From the NCBI RefSeq assembly GCF_023369805.1, contig NZ_JAMBQG010000012.1, forward strand, positions 146,413 through 178,412: a stretch of 32,000 nt of DNA. Reading direction: 5' to 3'. Within the stretch, counting starts at the first letter, position 1, and every line of letters begins with the position of its first letter. Shown piece after piece: positions 1-7,821 of the stretch. Origin of the DNA: Parabacteroides leei (GTDB lineage Bacteria > Bacteroidota > Bacteroidia > Bacteroidales > Tannerellaceae). The notes below the pieces were generated by a model. That model did not search any database and was not told the DNA's origin. It worked only from the letters and a program-made list of their open reading frames with translations. Both the position numbers and the translations under genes were made by a program.

Positions 1-17
1 TAATCTTATTATATTAA

Positions 18-144
18 AGAGAGCGTTCAAGAGATCGTTCGAAGAGCGTTCGGGAAACTTTCATAAAGTCCTAATAAACGATTGAAATTCAAAGACAAAT
101 AAAACCCTTTCATCGTCAGAAGATCGTCAGTAAGATCGTTCACG
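18..144. repeat. Two clusters of short direct repeats (AGAGCGTTC-type and AGATCGTC/T-type) far upstream of the aminopeptidase gene
   Basis: AGAGCGTTC occurs at 20-28 and 43-51, with AGAGATCGTTC at 30-40. ATCGTCAG occurs at 112-119 and 123-130, and AGATCGTT at 133-140, giving a period of about 11-12 bp. Read directly from the sequence. Function is unknown and the window edge cuts the context. Confidence 0.5.
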
Positions 145-302
145 ATATCTGTCACTCTATTCACGACACAAACAAACATTGATTTAAAGCGCAAATATAC
201 AACAAATTACATAATTTATTCTTTCAAAAAACAGAATTCGGAAAAACATCACATTTTCTACTAAAAGCAGCCTGAATACGCGGGCCTTTCCCAATAATTT
301 AT

Positions 303-310
303 TAACTTTG
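303..310 (+). promoter_or_regulatory. Candidate Bacteroidetes -7 promoter box TAACTTTG
   Basis: Matches the TAnnTTTG consensus of sigma-ABfr promoters and lies 32 bp upstream of the ATG at 342. Confidence 0.4.
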
Positions 311-341
311 CGAATAGTAACGTTGACTAAACAGTAATGCG

Positions 342-2129
342 ATGAAAACAAATATTCCTGAACGTATTGCCGCCCTGAGGGAGGTAATGAAAGAAAAGAA
401 AATCGATGCTTATATTATCCCCAGTTCCGATCCACACCTGAGCGAATATCCGGCCGACCGCTGGAAATCTCGCGGATGGATATCCGGTTTCGACGGATCC
501 GCCGGCACAGTGGTGGTCACGGCAGACAAAGCCGGCTTATGGACAGACTCGCGCTATTTCCTGCAGGCGGGTATACAGCTGGAAGGATCAGGCATAGAAC
601 TATATAAAATGGCTTTGCCGGAAACTCCGACTATTCCTGAATTTCTACTCCATGAGTTACAAAGCGGACAAACGGTCGGTACAGACGGCCTGACTTACAG
701 TGTGGCCGATGCCGGCAAACTGGAAAAAGTACTGAAACGGAAAGACATCAAACTGGAGACATCCTACGACCTGATCGACCTGATATGGAAAGACAGGCCG
801 GCCGTCCCGGGTAACCCGTTATTTGAAATGCCGGTCGAACTGAGCGGTAAGGCTGTCCATGAAAAGCTGGATGAGATAAACAACCTGCTACGTAAGGAAG
901 GGGCCGACTGCGGTATCCTTGCTGCGCTTGACGAAGTAGCCTGGACATTCAATATCCGGGGTACGGACGTGACTTACAACCCGGTCGTTATCAGCTATGC
1001 CTTTATCTCCGAAGACGAAAGCGTACTTTTCATCGATCCGAAAAAGATCACTGCCGACGCGGCCGGAAACCTGAAAAAAGAGGGTGTCGTACTAGCCGAC
1101 TATACGATGATACAAAAATACCTCTCCCGTCTTCCGGAAAACAGCCGCGTATTTATCGACCCGGCAAAAACCAACATTGCCCTTTACAATGCGCTGCCGA
1201 AAGGATGCACCATCATTGAAGGCATCACCCCGGCAAACCATCTGAAAAGTATTAAGAACGAAACCGAAATAAAAGGATTCCGCAATGCGACCGTAAAAGA
1301 CGGTATCGCATTAACCCGTTTCTACATCTGGCTGGAAAGGAAATTAGCCGCTGGTGAAAAAGTGACTGAACTCGACGCTTCTGCCCGCCTGACCGCCCTG
1401 CGCGCAGAGCAACCACAGTACATTATGGACAGCTTTGAATCGATCACCGGATATGCCGGACACGGTGCGATCGTTCATTACGCCCCGACTCCCGAAACCG
1501 ACGTTGAACTGAAACCGGAAAGTCTGCTCCTGATGGACTCGGGCGCACAATACCTGGACGGAACGACCGACATAACCCGTACGGTTGCTCTGGGCGAACC
1601 GACCGAACAGATGAAAAAAGACTTTACCCGTACGCTGAAAGGCATGATCGGAATTGCCAAGTGCAAATTCCCGGCCGGTATCCGCGGTTGCCTGCTCGAT
1701 GTGCTTGCGCGCAAAGCGTTGTGGGATGCAGGTATCAATTATCTCCACGGAACCTGTCACGGTATCGGACATTGCCTGAATGTACACGAAGGGCCGCAGA
1801 GTATCCGTATGGAAGAGAATCCAGTTCCGCTGAAGCCGGGTATGGTGATGAGCGACGAACCGGCCATGTACCGCACCGGCGAATATGGTATCCGCACTGA
1901 GAACATGATCCTGATCCGCGAAGACAGCGAAACGGAATATGGCAAGTTCTATGGCTTCGATACCCTGACTTTATGTTATATCGATACAAAATTGATTATG
2001 GTACCGATGCTGTCCGTCAGGGAACGTGCCTGGATAAATAAATATCACCAGATGGTATACGATTTGTTAAGCCCGCATCTGAACGAAGAGGAAAAAGCCT
2101 GGTTAAAAGAGAAAACAACAGAAATTTAA
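342..2129 (+). CDS. pepP: Xaa-Pro aminopeptidase (aminopeptidase P, peptidase M24B, long eukaryote-like form)
   Basis: 595-aa ORF. Pita-bread metal-ligand blocks are present: LMDSGAQYLDGTTDITRT, HGTCHGIGHCLNVHEGP, MVMSDEPAMY and IRTENMI. N-terminal creatinase/prolidase-like domains are also present. Confidence 0.9.
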   Translation: MKTNIPERIAALREVMKEKKIDAYIIPSSDPHLSEYPADRWKSRGWISGFDGSAGTVVVTADKAGLWTDSRYFLQAGIQLEGSGIELYKMALPETPTIPEFLLHELQSGQTVGTDGLTYSVADAGKLEKVLKRKDIKLETSYDLIDLIWKDRPAVPGNPLFEMPVELSGKAVHEKLDEINNLLRKEGADCGILAALDEVAWTFNIRGTDVTYNPVVISYAFISEDESVLFIDPKKITADAAGNLKKEGVVLADYTMIQKYLSRLPENSRVFIDPAKTNIALYNALPKGCTIIEGITPANHLKSIKNETEIKGFRNATVKDGIALTRFYIWLERKLAAGEKVTELDASARLTALRAEQPQYIMDSFESITGYAGHGAIVHYAPTPETDVELKPESLLLMDSGAQYLDGTTDITRTVALGEPTEQMKKDFTRTLKGMIGIAKCKFPAGIRGCLLDVLARKALWDAGINYLHGTCHGIGHCLNVHEGPQSIRMEENPVPLKPGMVMSDEPAMYRTGEYGIRTENMILIREDSETEYGKFYGFDTLTLCYIDTKLIMVPMLSVRERAWINKYHQMVYDLLSPHLNEEEKAWLKEKTTEI

Positions 2130-2136
2130 AAGAGCC

Positions 2137-2210
2137 GACAGTCGACAAATAGCAGTTGACAGTTGGAAAACTGTTTTTAACTGTCATCTGTCAACTGTCA
2201 CTTGTCAACT
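2137..2210. repeat. Cluster of AGTTGACA/TGTCAACT and GACAGT motifs forming a 10-bp hairpin between pepP and the next gene (possible terminator or operator)
   Basis: AGTTGACA lies at 2154-2161, with its reverse complement TGTCAACT at 2189-2196 and 2203-2210. CAGTTGACAG (2153-2162) pairs perfectly with CTGTCAACTG (2188-2197). There is no clear U-tract. Confidence 0.45.
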
Positions 2211-2218
2211 ATAAAATT

Positions 2219-2743
2219 ATGGCAATAATAAAATCAGTCAGAGGCTTTACCCCGAAGATAGGTAAAGACACATTTTTAGCGGATAACGCCGCTATTATCG
2301 GTGATGTTGAAATCGGAGAAGGTTGCAGCATCTGGTTCGGTACGGTCCTGCGCGGCGACGTAAACTCGATCCGTATCGGCAATGGTGTAAACATTCAGGA
2401 CGGCTCCGTATTGCATACGTTATACGAAAAATCGACCATAGAAATTGGCGACGATGTATCGGTAGGACATAACGTTACCATCCACGGTGCCAAGATCTGC
2501 AATGGGGCACTGATCGGGATGGGATCGGTTGTACTTGACCATGCCGTGATCGGCGAGGGAGCCATCGTAGCAGCAGGTTCGGTTGTTTTGAGTAAAACGA
2601 TTGTCGAACCGGGCAGCATTTATGCCGGCGTACCGGCTAAGTTCGTCAAGAAGGTCGATCCGGAACAGGCTAAGGAGATCAATCAGAAGATTGCTAAAAA
2701 CTACCACATGTATTCAAGTTGGTATAAAGAAGAGACAGAATAA
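2219..2743 (+). CDS. Gamma-class carbonic anhydrase-like / left-handed beta-helix (hexapeptide repeat) protein
   Basis: The ORF track starts at 2156, but that extension translates the repeat cluster. MAIIKSVRGFTPKIG at 2219 is the typical N-terminus of YrdA/PaaY-like gamma-CA proteins. Hexapeptide repeats and conserved His blocks (VLHT, VGHNVTIHG) are present. Confidence 0.85.
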   Translation: MAIIKSVRGFTPKIGKDTFLADNAAIIGDVEIGEGCSIWFGTVLRGDVNSIRIGNGVNIQDGSVLHTLYEKSTIEIGDDVSVGHNVTIHGAKICNGALIGMGSVVLDHAVIGEGAIVAAGSVVLSKTIVEPGSIYAGVPAKFVKKVDPEQAKEINQKIAKNYHMYSSWYKEETE

Positions 2744-3922
2744 ATGAAGAAAGCAGGATGGGCAATACTTTTGGTCGTATGTTGTATCGGTGGTTATCTG
2801 GTATTGCCCTCCAACTATTACCTGCGCCGTGCCCTTACGCATTTGTTACCAAAAATCGACCAGTATCCGATTTTTGAGAACCGCACAGTAGAAGCCGATG
2901 ATCCGCAACCCTGGAAACAGTCGGAGGCATATAATACGCTTTCCATTCCGGAAAAGTATTTGCCGGTATTCGATGAACTGGGAACAGTCGCTTACGTTAT
3001 TATCAAAGACAATACATTGCTTTTCGAACAGTATTGGGAGGATTACTCTCCGAAGTCACACAGTAACTCCTTCTCGATGGCTAAAAGCATCGTCTCACTA
3101 GCTATTGGAGGAGCGATCGACGATGGATTTATAAAAAGCGTCGACCAGCCGGTCAGTGACTTTTATCCGGAATTCCAAGGATACAACGGAAAGCCTTTAA
3201 CACTCCGCCACCTGTTGACGATGAGTGCGGGAGTTGACTTCGACGAAGCATATTCTTCTCCCTTCTCTCCCACCACTAAACTATACTACGGCAACGATTT
3301 GCAGAAGATCGCATTCGACATGAAAGAAATAGAGGAGCCGGGCGTCAACTTTATCTATCAGAGTGGCGTAACCCAACTACTGGCTTTTATCGTCGAGAAA
3401 GTAACCGGAGAAAATATCAGTACCTACGTCTCCCGTAAATACTGGACACCGATGAACGCGGAAGAAGATGCACTCTGGAGTCTGGATAAAAAAGATGGTA
3501 TCGAAAAAGCATATTGCTGCTTCAACAGTAATGCACGCGATTTTGCCCGCTTCGGACAACTGATACTGAACAATGGCAACTGGAACGGCCAACAACTTAT
3601 CTCCGACTCTTACCTAAAGGAAGCAACGACACCCGACACCCACTTATTATTCAAAGAATATAATGAGACAAACAACTGTTACGGGTTTCAATTCTGGCAC
3701 CTCACCTACAACGGTATGAAGATACCTTACATGCGTGGTATCCTCGGACAATACGTCTTTATCATCCCCGAGCTGAATGCGGTAGTCGTACGCCTCGGCC
3801 ACAAACGCAGCGAAACACGTTCCGAACAACATTATCCGGATGACATAGATATCTGGCTCGGAGCCGCTGTCGAAATGATACAGGCCATTCAAAGCAATAA
3901 AGATAATAACGAATCAAAATAA
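2744..3922 (+). CDS. Beta-lactamase-family serine hydrolase (class C/esterase-like), membrane anchored
   Basis: 392-aa ORF whose ATG directly abuts the upstream stop (TAAATG). It has an N-terminal TM/signal helix and an S-x-x-K motif (SMAK in NSFSMAKSIV). Length is typical of PF00144-type proteins. Confidence 0.8.
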   Translation: MKKAGWAILLVVCCIGGYLVLPSNYYLRRALTHLLPKIDQYPIFENRTVEADDPQPWKQSEAYNTLSIPEKYLPVFDELGTVAYVIIKDNTLLFEQYWEDYSPKSHSNSFSMAKSIVSLAIGGAIDDGFIKSVDQPVSDFYPEFQGYNGKPLTLRHLLTMSAGVDFDEAYSSPFSPTTKLYYGNDLQKIAFDMKEIEEPGVNFIYQSGVTQLLAFIVEKVTGENISTYVSRKYWTPMNAEEDALWSLDKKDGIEKAYCCFNSNARDFARFGQLILNNGNWNGQQLISDSYLKEATTPDTHLLFKEYNETNNCYGFQFWHLTYNGMKIPYMRGILGQYVFIIPELNAVVVRLGHKRSETRSEQHYPDDIDIWLGAAVEMIQAIQSNKDNNESK

Positions 3923-3944
3923 ACACTCTAAATTAAATCGACAA

Positions 3945-5060
3945 ATGAAGAAAACAGTATTTACTGCGCCTGTCGCAGCATTATTACTCCTTTCTTGTGC
4001 ACAAGCGCCGCAAGATAAAGGTAAAGAGATTACTTACACACCACAGGCACCCTATAACCCGCCGACGTATGTGTGTTACAAGGCTCCGGCTCCTATCAAG
4101 ATCGACGGTAAACTGTCGGCTGAAGAATGGGACGCTATCCCCTGGACAACCGACTTTGTAGATATCGAAGGCGACAAACGCCCCACCCCCCTCTTGCAGA
4201 CACGGGCTAAAATGACTTACGACGACAATGGTATGTACTTCGCCGTCCTGATGGAAGAACCTCATGTGTGGGCTACAATCACAGAACACGACGCCGTAAT
4301 CTATCAGGATAATGACTTTGAAATATTCCTCAACCCGACAAACGACACACACAATTACCTGGAATACGAAGTAAATGCATTGGGTACGGAATGGGATCTG
4401 TTCCTGAGCAAACCTTACCGCGACAACCCTCAGGTACTGAATAACTGGGAGTTTGCCGGCATGAAATCTGCCGTATATGTGGATGGCACGTTGAATAACC
4501 CGAAGGATACCGATAAATCATGGAGCGTAGAGGTATTTATCCCCTGGTCGTCCATCTACCAGGTCGCAAGAGGGAAAAAGGCTCCTGTTGCCGGCGAACA
4601 TATCCGTACCAATTTCTCACGTGTGGAATGGACAACCGAAGTACAGGATGGCAAATACGTAAAAGTACCTATCAAAGGTGAAGACAAAATTCGTGAATAC
4701 AACTGGGTATGGGCTCCGACAGGGGTAATCAATATACACATGCCTGAATACTGGGGATTTGTACAAATATCGGATAAGGTAGCCGGAACAGGTGAAACTC
4801 CATTTGTTACAGACCCGAATGATGAAGTAAAATGGCTTCTACGCAACCTGTATTACCGCCAGAATGAGTACGCAGCTACATTTGGCGAATATGCTCCATC
4901 CGTAGCAGCTCTTAAACCCGAAGAATTATGTCCGGCTGAACAAGCAAAGCAGATCAGTCTGTTCAACACTCCTTCCATGTATGAAATCACATTGCCCGGC
5001 ACAGACGGTAATGTTTGGCATATCAGACAGGATGGTTTGGTTTGGGCTTCTAAGAAATAA
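3945..5060 (+). CDS. Carbohydrate-binding family 9 (CBM9/DOMON)-like lipoprotein
   Basis: 371-aa ORF with a lipoprotein signal (LLLLSC). The blocks YVCYKAPAPIKIDGKLSAEEWD, DFVDIEGD, HVWATITEHDAVIYQDNDFEIF and WDLFLSKPYRD match my recollection of CBM9-like proteins of Bacteroidetes. Confidence 0.75.
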   Translation: MKKTVFTAPVAALLLLSCAQAPQDKGKEITYTPQAPYNPPTYVCYKAPAPIKIDGKLSAEEWDAIPWTTDFVDIEGDKRPTPLLQTRAKMTYDDNGMYFAVLMEEPHVWATITEHDAVIYQDNDFEIFLNPTNDTHNYLEYEVNALGTEWDLFLSKPYRDNPQVLNNWEFAGMKSAVYVDGTLNNPKDTDKSWSVEVFIPWSSIYQVARGKKAPVAGEHIRTNFSRVEWTTEVQDGKYVKVPIKGEDKIREYNWVWAPTGVINIHMPEYWGFVQISDKVAGTGETPFVTDPNDEVKWLLRNLYYRQNEYAATFGEYAPSVAALKPEELCPAEQAKQISLFNTPSMYEITLPGTDGNVWHIRQDGLVWASKK

Positions 5061-5151
5061 ATAAGTAATGATTTAGAAATAACTGAGTCAATAATATAGG
5101 AAAATGCCCCTGTCTGTCCATCAGCTATCAGTCATAAATAAGACAAACCCA

Positions 5152-5326
5152 GTTACAGGTTTATTTGCCGTCAGTTTTAACTGACGGATCAGTAAATGAT
5201 CTATTTCTCTGGACTTTAGTCCCATTTTAAACTGTCTCTTTATTTACAGAGAAATGTGGCTAAAGCCAAAGAAGGAGAAACAACTTGTAATCCGTCAGCT
5301 AAAGCAGACGGCAAATGAACCTGTAA
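5152..5326. repeat. MITE/REP-like multi-hairpin element with 20-bp terminal inverted repeats
   Basis: TTACAGGTTTATTTGCCGTC (5153-5172) is the reverse complement of GACGGCAAATGAACCTGTAA (5307-5326) with one G-U-compatible mismatch. Internal small hairpins lie at 5168-5187 (CCGTCAGTT..AACTGACGG), 5187-5201 (GATCA..TGATC), 5211-5222 (GGACT TT AGTCC), 5257-5268 (TGGCT AA AGCCA) and 5292-5311 (CCGTCAGC TAAA GCAGACGG). Confidence 0.7.
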
Positions 5327-5383
5327 TGGCGGAGTCTCTTTGATAAGGGGATAGCTTCAATGATAGCTCATATCTGACAATAA

Positions 5384-6034
5384 ATGAAACAATACAAATA
5401 CCTCCTTTTCGACCTCGACGGTACTATCACCGACTCAGAAACCGGAATCACGCGTTGTGTTGAATACGCACTAAACCATTTCGGCATTCAGGTAAATGAC
5501 TTACGGGAATTATCCCCTTTCATCGGCCCTCCCCTCTTGGACTCGTTCAAGGACTTTTACAACTTTACCGATGAACAGGCAGCTATTGCCGTTGCCAAAT
5601 ACAGGGAAAGATATGCCGACAAAGGCATTCTGGAAAATAAATTATATCCGGGAATCAAAGAATTACTGGCAGATGCACAAAAAGGCGGCAGAACAGTAAT
5701 ACTGGCTACTTCCAAACCGGAAATATTTGCCAAACGCATCCTCGATCATTTCGGATTAAAGAACTATTTCTCCTTTGTCGCCGGTAGCGGACTGGATGGT
5801 TCTCTTCATACTAAAACAGATGTGATTAACTATATCTTACAGTCCAACAAAATAACTGATTTGGAATCTGTTGTGATGATAGGCGATCGGAAACATGATA
5901 TCATCGGAGCAAAAAACACAGGGATCGACTCTATCGGTGTCTTATACGGTTTCGGTGATTATAAAGAACTATCAGAAGCCGGAGCAGACCATATCGTAGA
6001 AGATATCCCGGCACTCCGTAAATTACTCTTATAG
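5384..6034 (+). CDS. HAD-IA family hydrolase (phosphoglycolate phosphatase / PpaX-like)
   Basis: 216-aa ORF with HAD motif I FDLDGTITDS, motif II ATSK and motif IV GDRKHD. Confidence 0.85.
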   Translation: MKQYKYLLFDLDGTITDSETGITRCVEYALNHFGIQVNDLRELSPFIGPPLLDSFKDFYNFTDEQAAIAVAKYRERYADKGILENKLYPGIKELLADAQKGGRTVILATSKPEIFAKRILDHFGLKNYFSFVAGSGLDGSLHTKTDVINYILQSNKITDLESVVMIGDRKHDIIGAKNTGIDSIGVLYGFGDYKELSEAGADHIVEDIPALRKLLL

Positions 6035-6047
6035 CAGTAATTTACGG
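6016..6047. terminator. Hairpin overlapping the HAD stop codon, a candidate bidirectional terminator for convergent genes
   Basis: CCGTAAATTACT (6016-6027) pairs perfectly with AGTAATTTACGG (6036-6047). The 8-nt loop contains the TAG stop. Flanking U/A tracts are weak. Confidence 0.45.
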
Positions 6048-6073
6048 AATATACCATATTTCTCCCATCTATA

Positions 6074-6661
6074 TTAATAACACAAACCAATCAGATAACG
6101 GCAAAGAATATCCCCACCAAACACAGCCACACAATAGAGAATACCCAACGAATACCCTTTCAGATTACAGGAGACCTTCAACGCTTTGAACATCCAGACC
6201 AATACCCAGACCAGAAATATCACACCGATCAATGAAAGCCATATTCCTACCAGAAAACCGGGTTGTGCCAACAATTCTGTCGGCGGCACGTTCATATTCA
6301 CTTTTGCCAGATTCTGCATCGGAGGCAACATATTGAACAAATTCATAAAAATGAAAGGAATCTGGGCAAAAGCGACTGTCCCCAACACATCGATCACCCT
6401 GATCCGGGAACGAGACAAGATCAATCCTCCCAGATAAAACAAAACAGCCGGTACAATCCAAACCACCAGATGTTCGACAGCATAACACCACCAGGCAGGA
6501 TTCGGGGCCGGCCCAAAGTGCAGTAAACCATGATAATGCCATCCGGAAAGATAACTGATAATAGTGGAGATAACCATTCCTAAAAGTCCCCACCCCAGCG
6601 CTTGAAAACCGGCAATCCATTCAAACGGATTAATAAGAAAATTCAACCATTGTTTCTTCAT
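6074..6661 (-). CDS. Polytopic inner-membrane protein of unknown function (about 5 TM, Yip1-like topology)
   Basis: 195-aa ORF with strongly hydrophobic segments. Its start lies 2 nt downstream of the DUF2089 gene stop, suggesting coupling. The family assignment is tentative. Confidence 0.8.
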   Translation of the reverse strand: MKKQWLNFLINPFEWIAGFQALGWGLLGMVISTIISYLSGWHYHGLLHFGPAPNPAWWCYAVEHLVVWIVPAVLFYLGGLILSRSRIRVIDVLGTVAFAQIPFIFMNLFNMLPPMQNLAKVNMNVPPTELLAQPGFLVGIWLSLIGVIFLVWVLVWMFKALKVSCNLKGYSLGILYCVAVFGGDILCRYLIGLCY

Positions 6662-6663
6662 AA

Positions 6664-6951
6664 CTATTCTATCTTATTTAATTTATCAATCAGATCATCC
6701 AATACATTCCTGACAGTCGGATAACTCACCCCCATATTCTTCGCCATATCTTTCAAGCTGCCGCTCGACTTGATAAAATCAACGATAAACAGTTGCTCCT
6801 TCTCGGTCAACCTTGCCAAAGGAGGCAGCTCAAAGTTTCCACAGACCTCTGTATCACATTGTCCACAAAACAACCGCCCCACTCTCAGGGGAGAATCACA
6901 GGCCGGACATTGCAAGGGTAATCGTTTCTTTTTCTCTTCCATTTTATTCAT
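6664..6951 (-). CDS. DUF2089-family small protein (N-terminal CxxC..CxxC zinc ribbon plus C-terminal HTH)
   Basis: 95-aa ORF. CPACDSPLRVGRLFCGQCDTEV forms the zinc ribbon. LTEKEQLFIVDFIKSSGSLKDMAKNMGVSYPTVRNVLDDLIDKL matches the DUF2089 HTH layout as I recall it. Confidence 0.8.
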   Translation of the reverse strand: MNKMEEKKKRLPLQCPACDSPLRVGRLFCGQCDTEVCGNFELPPLARLTEKEQLFIVDFIKSSGSLKDMAKNMGVSYPTVRNVLDDLIDKLNKIE

Positions 6952-6962
6952 TCTTTACGTAA

Positions 6963-6970
6963 CAAAGATA
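6963..6970 (-). promoter_or_regulatory. Candidate -7 box TATCTTTG for the DUF2089 operon
   Basis: The plus strand reads CAAAGATA, which is TAnnTTTG on the minus strand. It lies 12 bp upstream of the ATG at 6951, so the leader would be very short or the true start is the Met at 6942. Confidence 0.35.
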
Positions 6971-7005
6971 ATAACATATTCAATATTATCAATTAAAACA
7001 TAAAT

Positions 7006-7040
7006 ATTATTCACAACACAATAAACATTATTCACAACAC
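7006..7040. promoter_or_regulatory. Tandem 14-bp direct repeat ATTATTCACAACAC x2 with 21-bp spacing, a candidate operator
   Basis: Exact copies lie at 7006-7019 and 7027-7040, in the divergent region between the DUF2089 operon and the Crp/Fnr gene. Confidence 0.5.
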
Positions 7041-7165
7041 TATTCTATATACCCGCAATATCCCGATTCGAATAAATGCTTTTCTTATTTAGATTGATTA
7101 ATCTACTTTATCACCTTTTCTATGAAAATATCTTCCCGATAGGGGAAATATTACGTTATTCCTCT

Positions 7166-7173
7166 TATTTTTG
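7166..7173 (+). promoter_or_regulatory. Candidate -7 box TATTTTTG for the Crp/Fnr-family gene
   Basis: Matches TAnnTTTG 32 bp upstream of the ATG at 7205. It lies inside the ORF-track extension (7076), which argues for the 7205 start. Confidence 0.4.
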
Positions 7174-7204
7174 CAGAGGATGGAAAAATAATCAAGAATC
7201 TCTT

Positions 7205-7768
7205 ATGGTAAATATTATAGACAAGATAAACTCTTCATACCCAATTTCCGATACAACGATACAAACATTGAAAGACCATGTTACTTTATGCCATTTCCCC
7301 AAAAAGTATCAGTTGATAAAAGCAAATATGTTTTGCAAATCAGCTTACTTCATCGAGAAAGGCATGACTCGTTCCTTTTGGCTGGTGAATGGAGAGGAAA
7401 TAACCACTTCTTTTGCCTATGAAGGAAGTATTGTCTTTAGTATGGACGAGTTATATTATAATAAGGTAAGTGAAGAGTTTGTTGAAACACTTGAAGATGT
7501 AGTCGCCTATCAAATATCATTGACCGATTTACTTCAACTTTTTCAAAGCAATATCGAACTGGCCAATTGGGGCAGGGTCATTCATCAAAATGAATACAGA
7601 CGTTTACATCGTTCACATAAAGAACGTCTTACATTGTCCGCAAAAGAGAGATTTGAAGAATTCAAACAACAATTCCCTGAAGTATATCAGCGTGTACAAC
7701 TGGGATATATCGCTTCCTATCTGGGGATAACACCATCGACACTCAGCCGACTCAGAGCTCAGAAATAA
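7205..7768 (+). CDS. Crp/Fnr-family transcriptional regulator (cNMP-binding domain plus C-terminal HTH)
   Basis: About 187 aa from MVNIIDKINS. The beta-roll region (FIEKGMTRSFWLVNGEEITTSF) and the C-terminal HTH (LGYIASYLGITPSTLSRLR) are typical of small Bacteroidetes Crp-like proteins. G+C is only about 31%, from 18/60 and 19/60 counted over 7201-7320. Confidence 0.8.
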   Translation: MVNIIDKINSSYPISDTTIQTLKDHVTLCHFPKKYQLIKANMFCKSAYFIEKGMTRSFWLVNGEEITTSFAYEGSIVFSMDELYYNKVSEEFVETLEDVVAYQISLTDLLQLFQSNIELANWGRVIHQNEYRRLHRSHKERLTLSAKERFEEFKQQFPEVYQRVQLGYIASYLGITPSTLSRLRAQK

Positions 7769-7780
7769 TCTTTATCCGGT

Positions 7781-7804
7781 AAAATTTGACATAGGACAAA
7801 TTTT
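7781..7804. promoter_or_regulatory. Palindrome AAAATTTG-N8-CAAATTTT between the Crp/Fnr gene and the acyltransferase gene
   Basis: Perfect 8-bp arms lie at 7781-7788 and 7797-7804, ending 18 bp upstream of the candidate -7 box. The AT-rich composition raises the chance-occurrence risk. Confidence 0.3.
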
Positions 7805-7821
7805 AAGACGCATAAGTTTTA

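Noticed and set aside
158-180. A 22-23-nt similarity between TATTCACGACACAAACAAACATT (158-180) and TATTCACAACACAATAAACATT (7008-7029)
   Set aside because: It is a match of about 20/23 with an indel, in A/C-rich low-complexity promoter DNA. My rough estimate of chance occurrence in 32 kb on both strands is not small, around 0.1 or higher once composition is considered. It is worth a genome-wide motif search but is not claimable.
2156-2218. N-terminal 21-aa extension of the gamma-CA-like ORF in the ORF track
   Set aside because: The extension translates the TGTCAACT repeat cluster. MAIIKSVRG at 2219 matches the usual N-terminus of this family.
7076-7204. N-terminal 43-aa extension of the Crp/Fnr ORF in the ORF track
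   Set aside because: It contains the best -7 promoter box (7166-7173) and is AT-rich, non-protein-like sequence. The start at 7205 gives a normal-length Crp-like protein.
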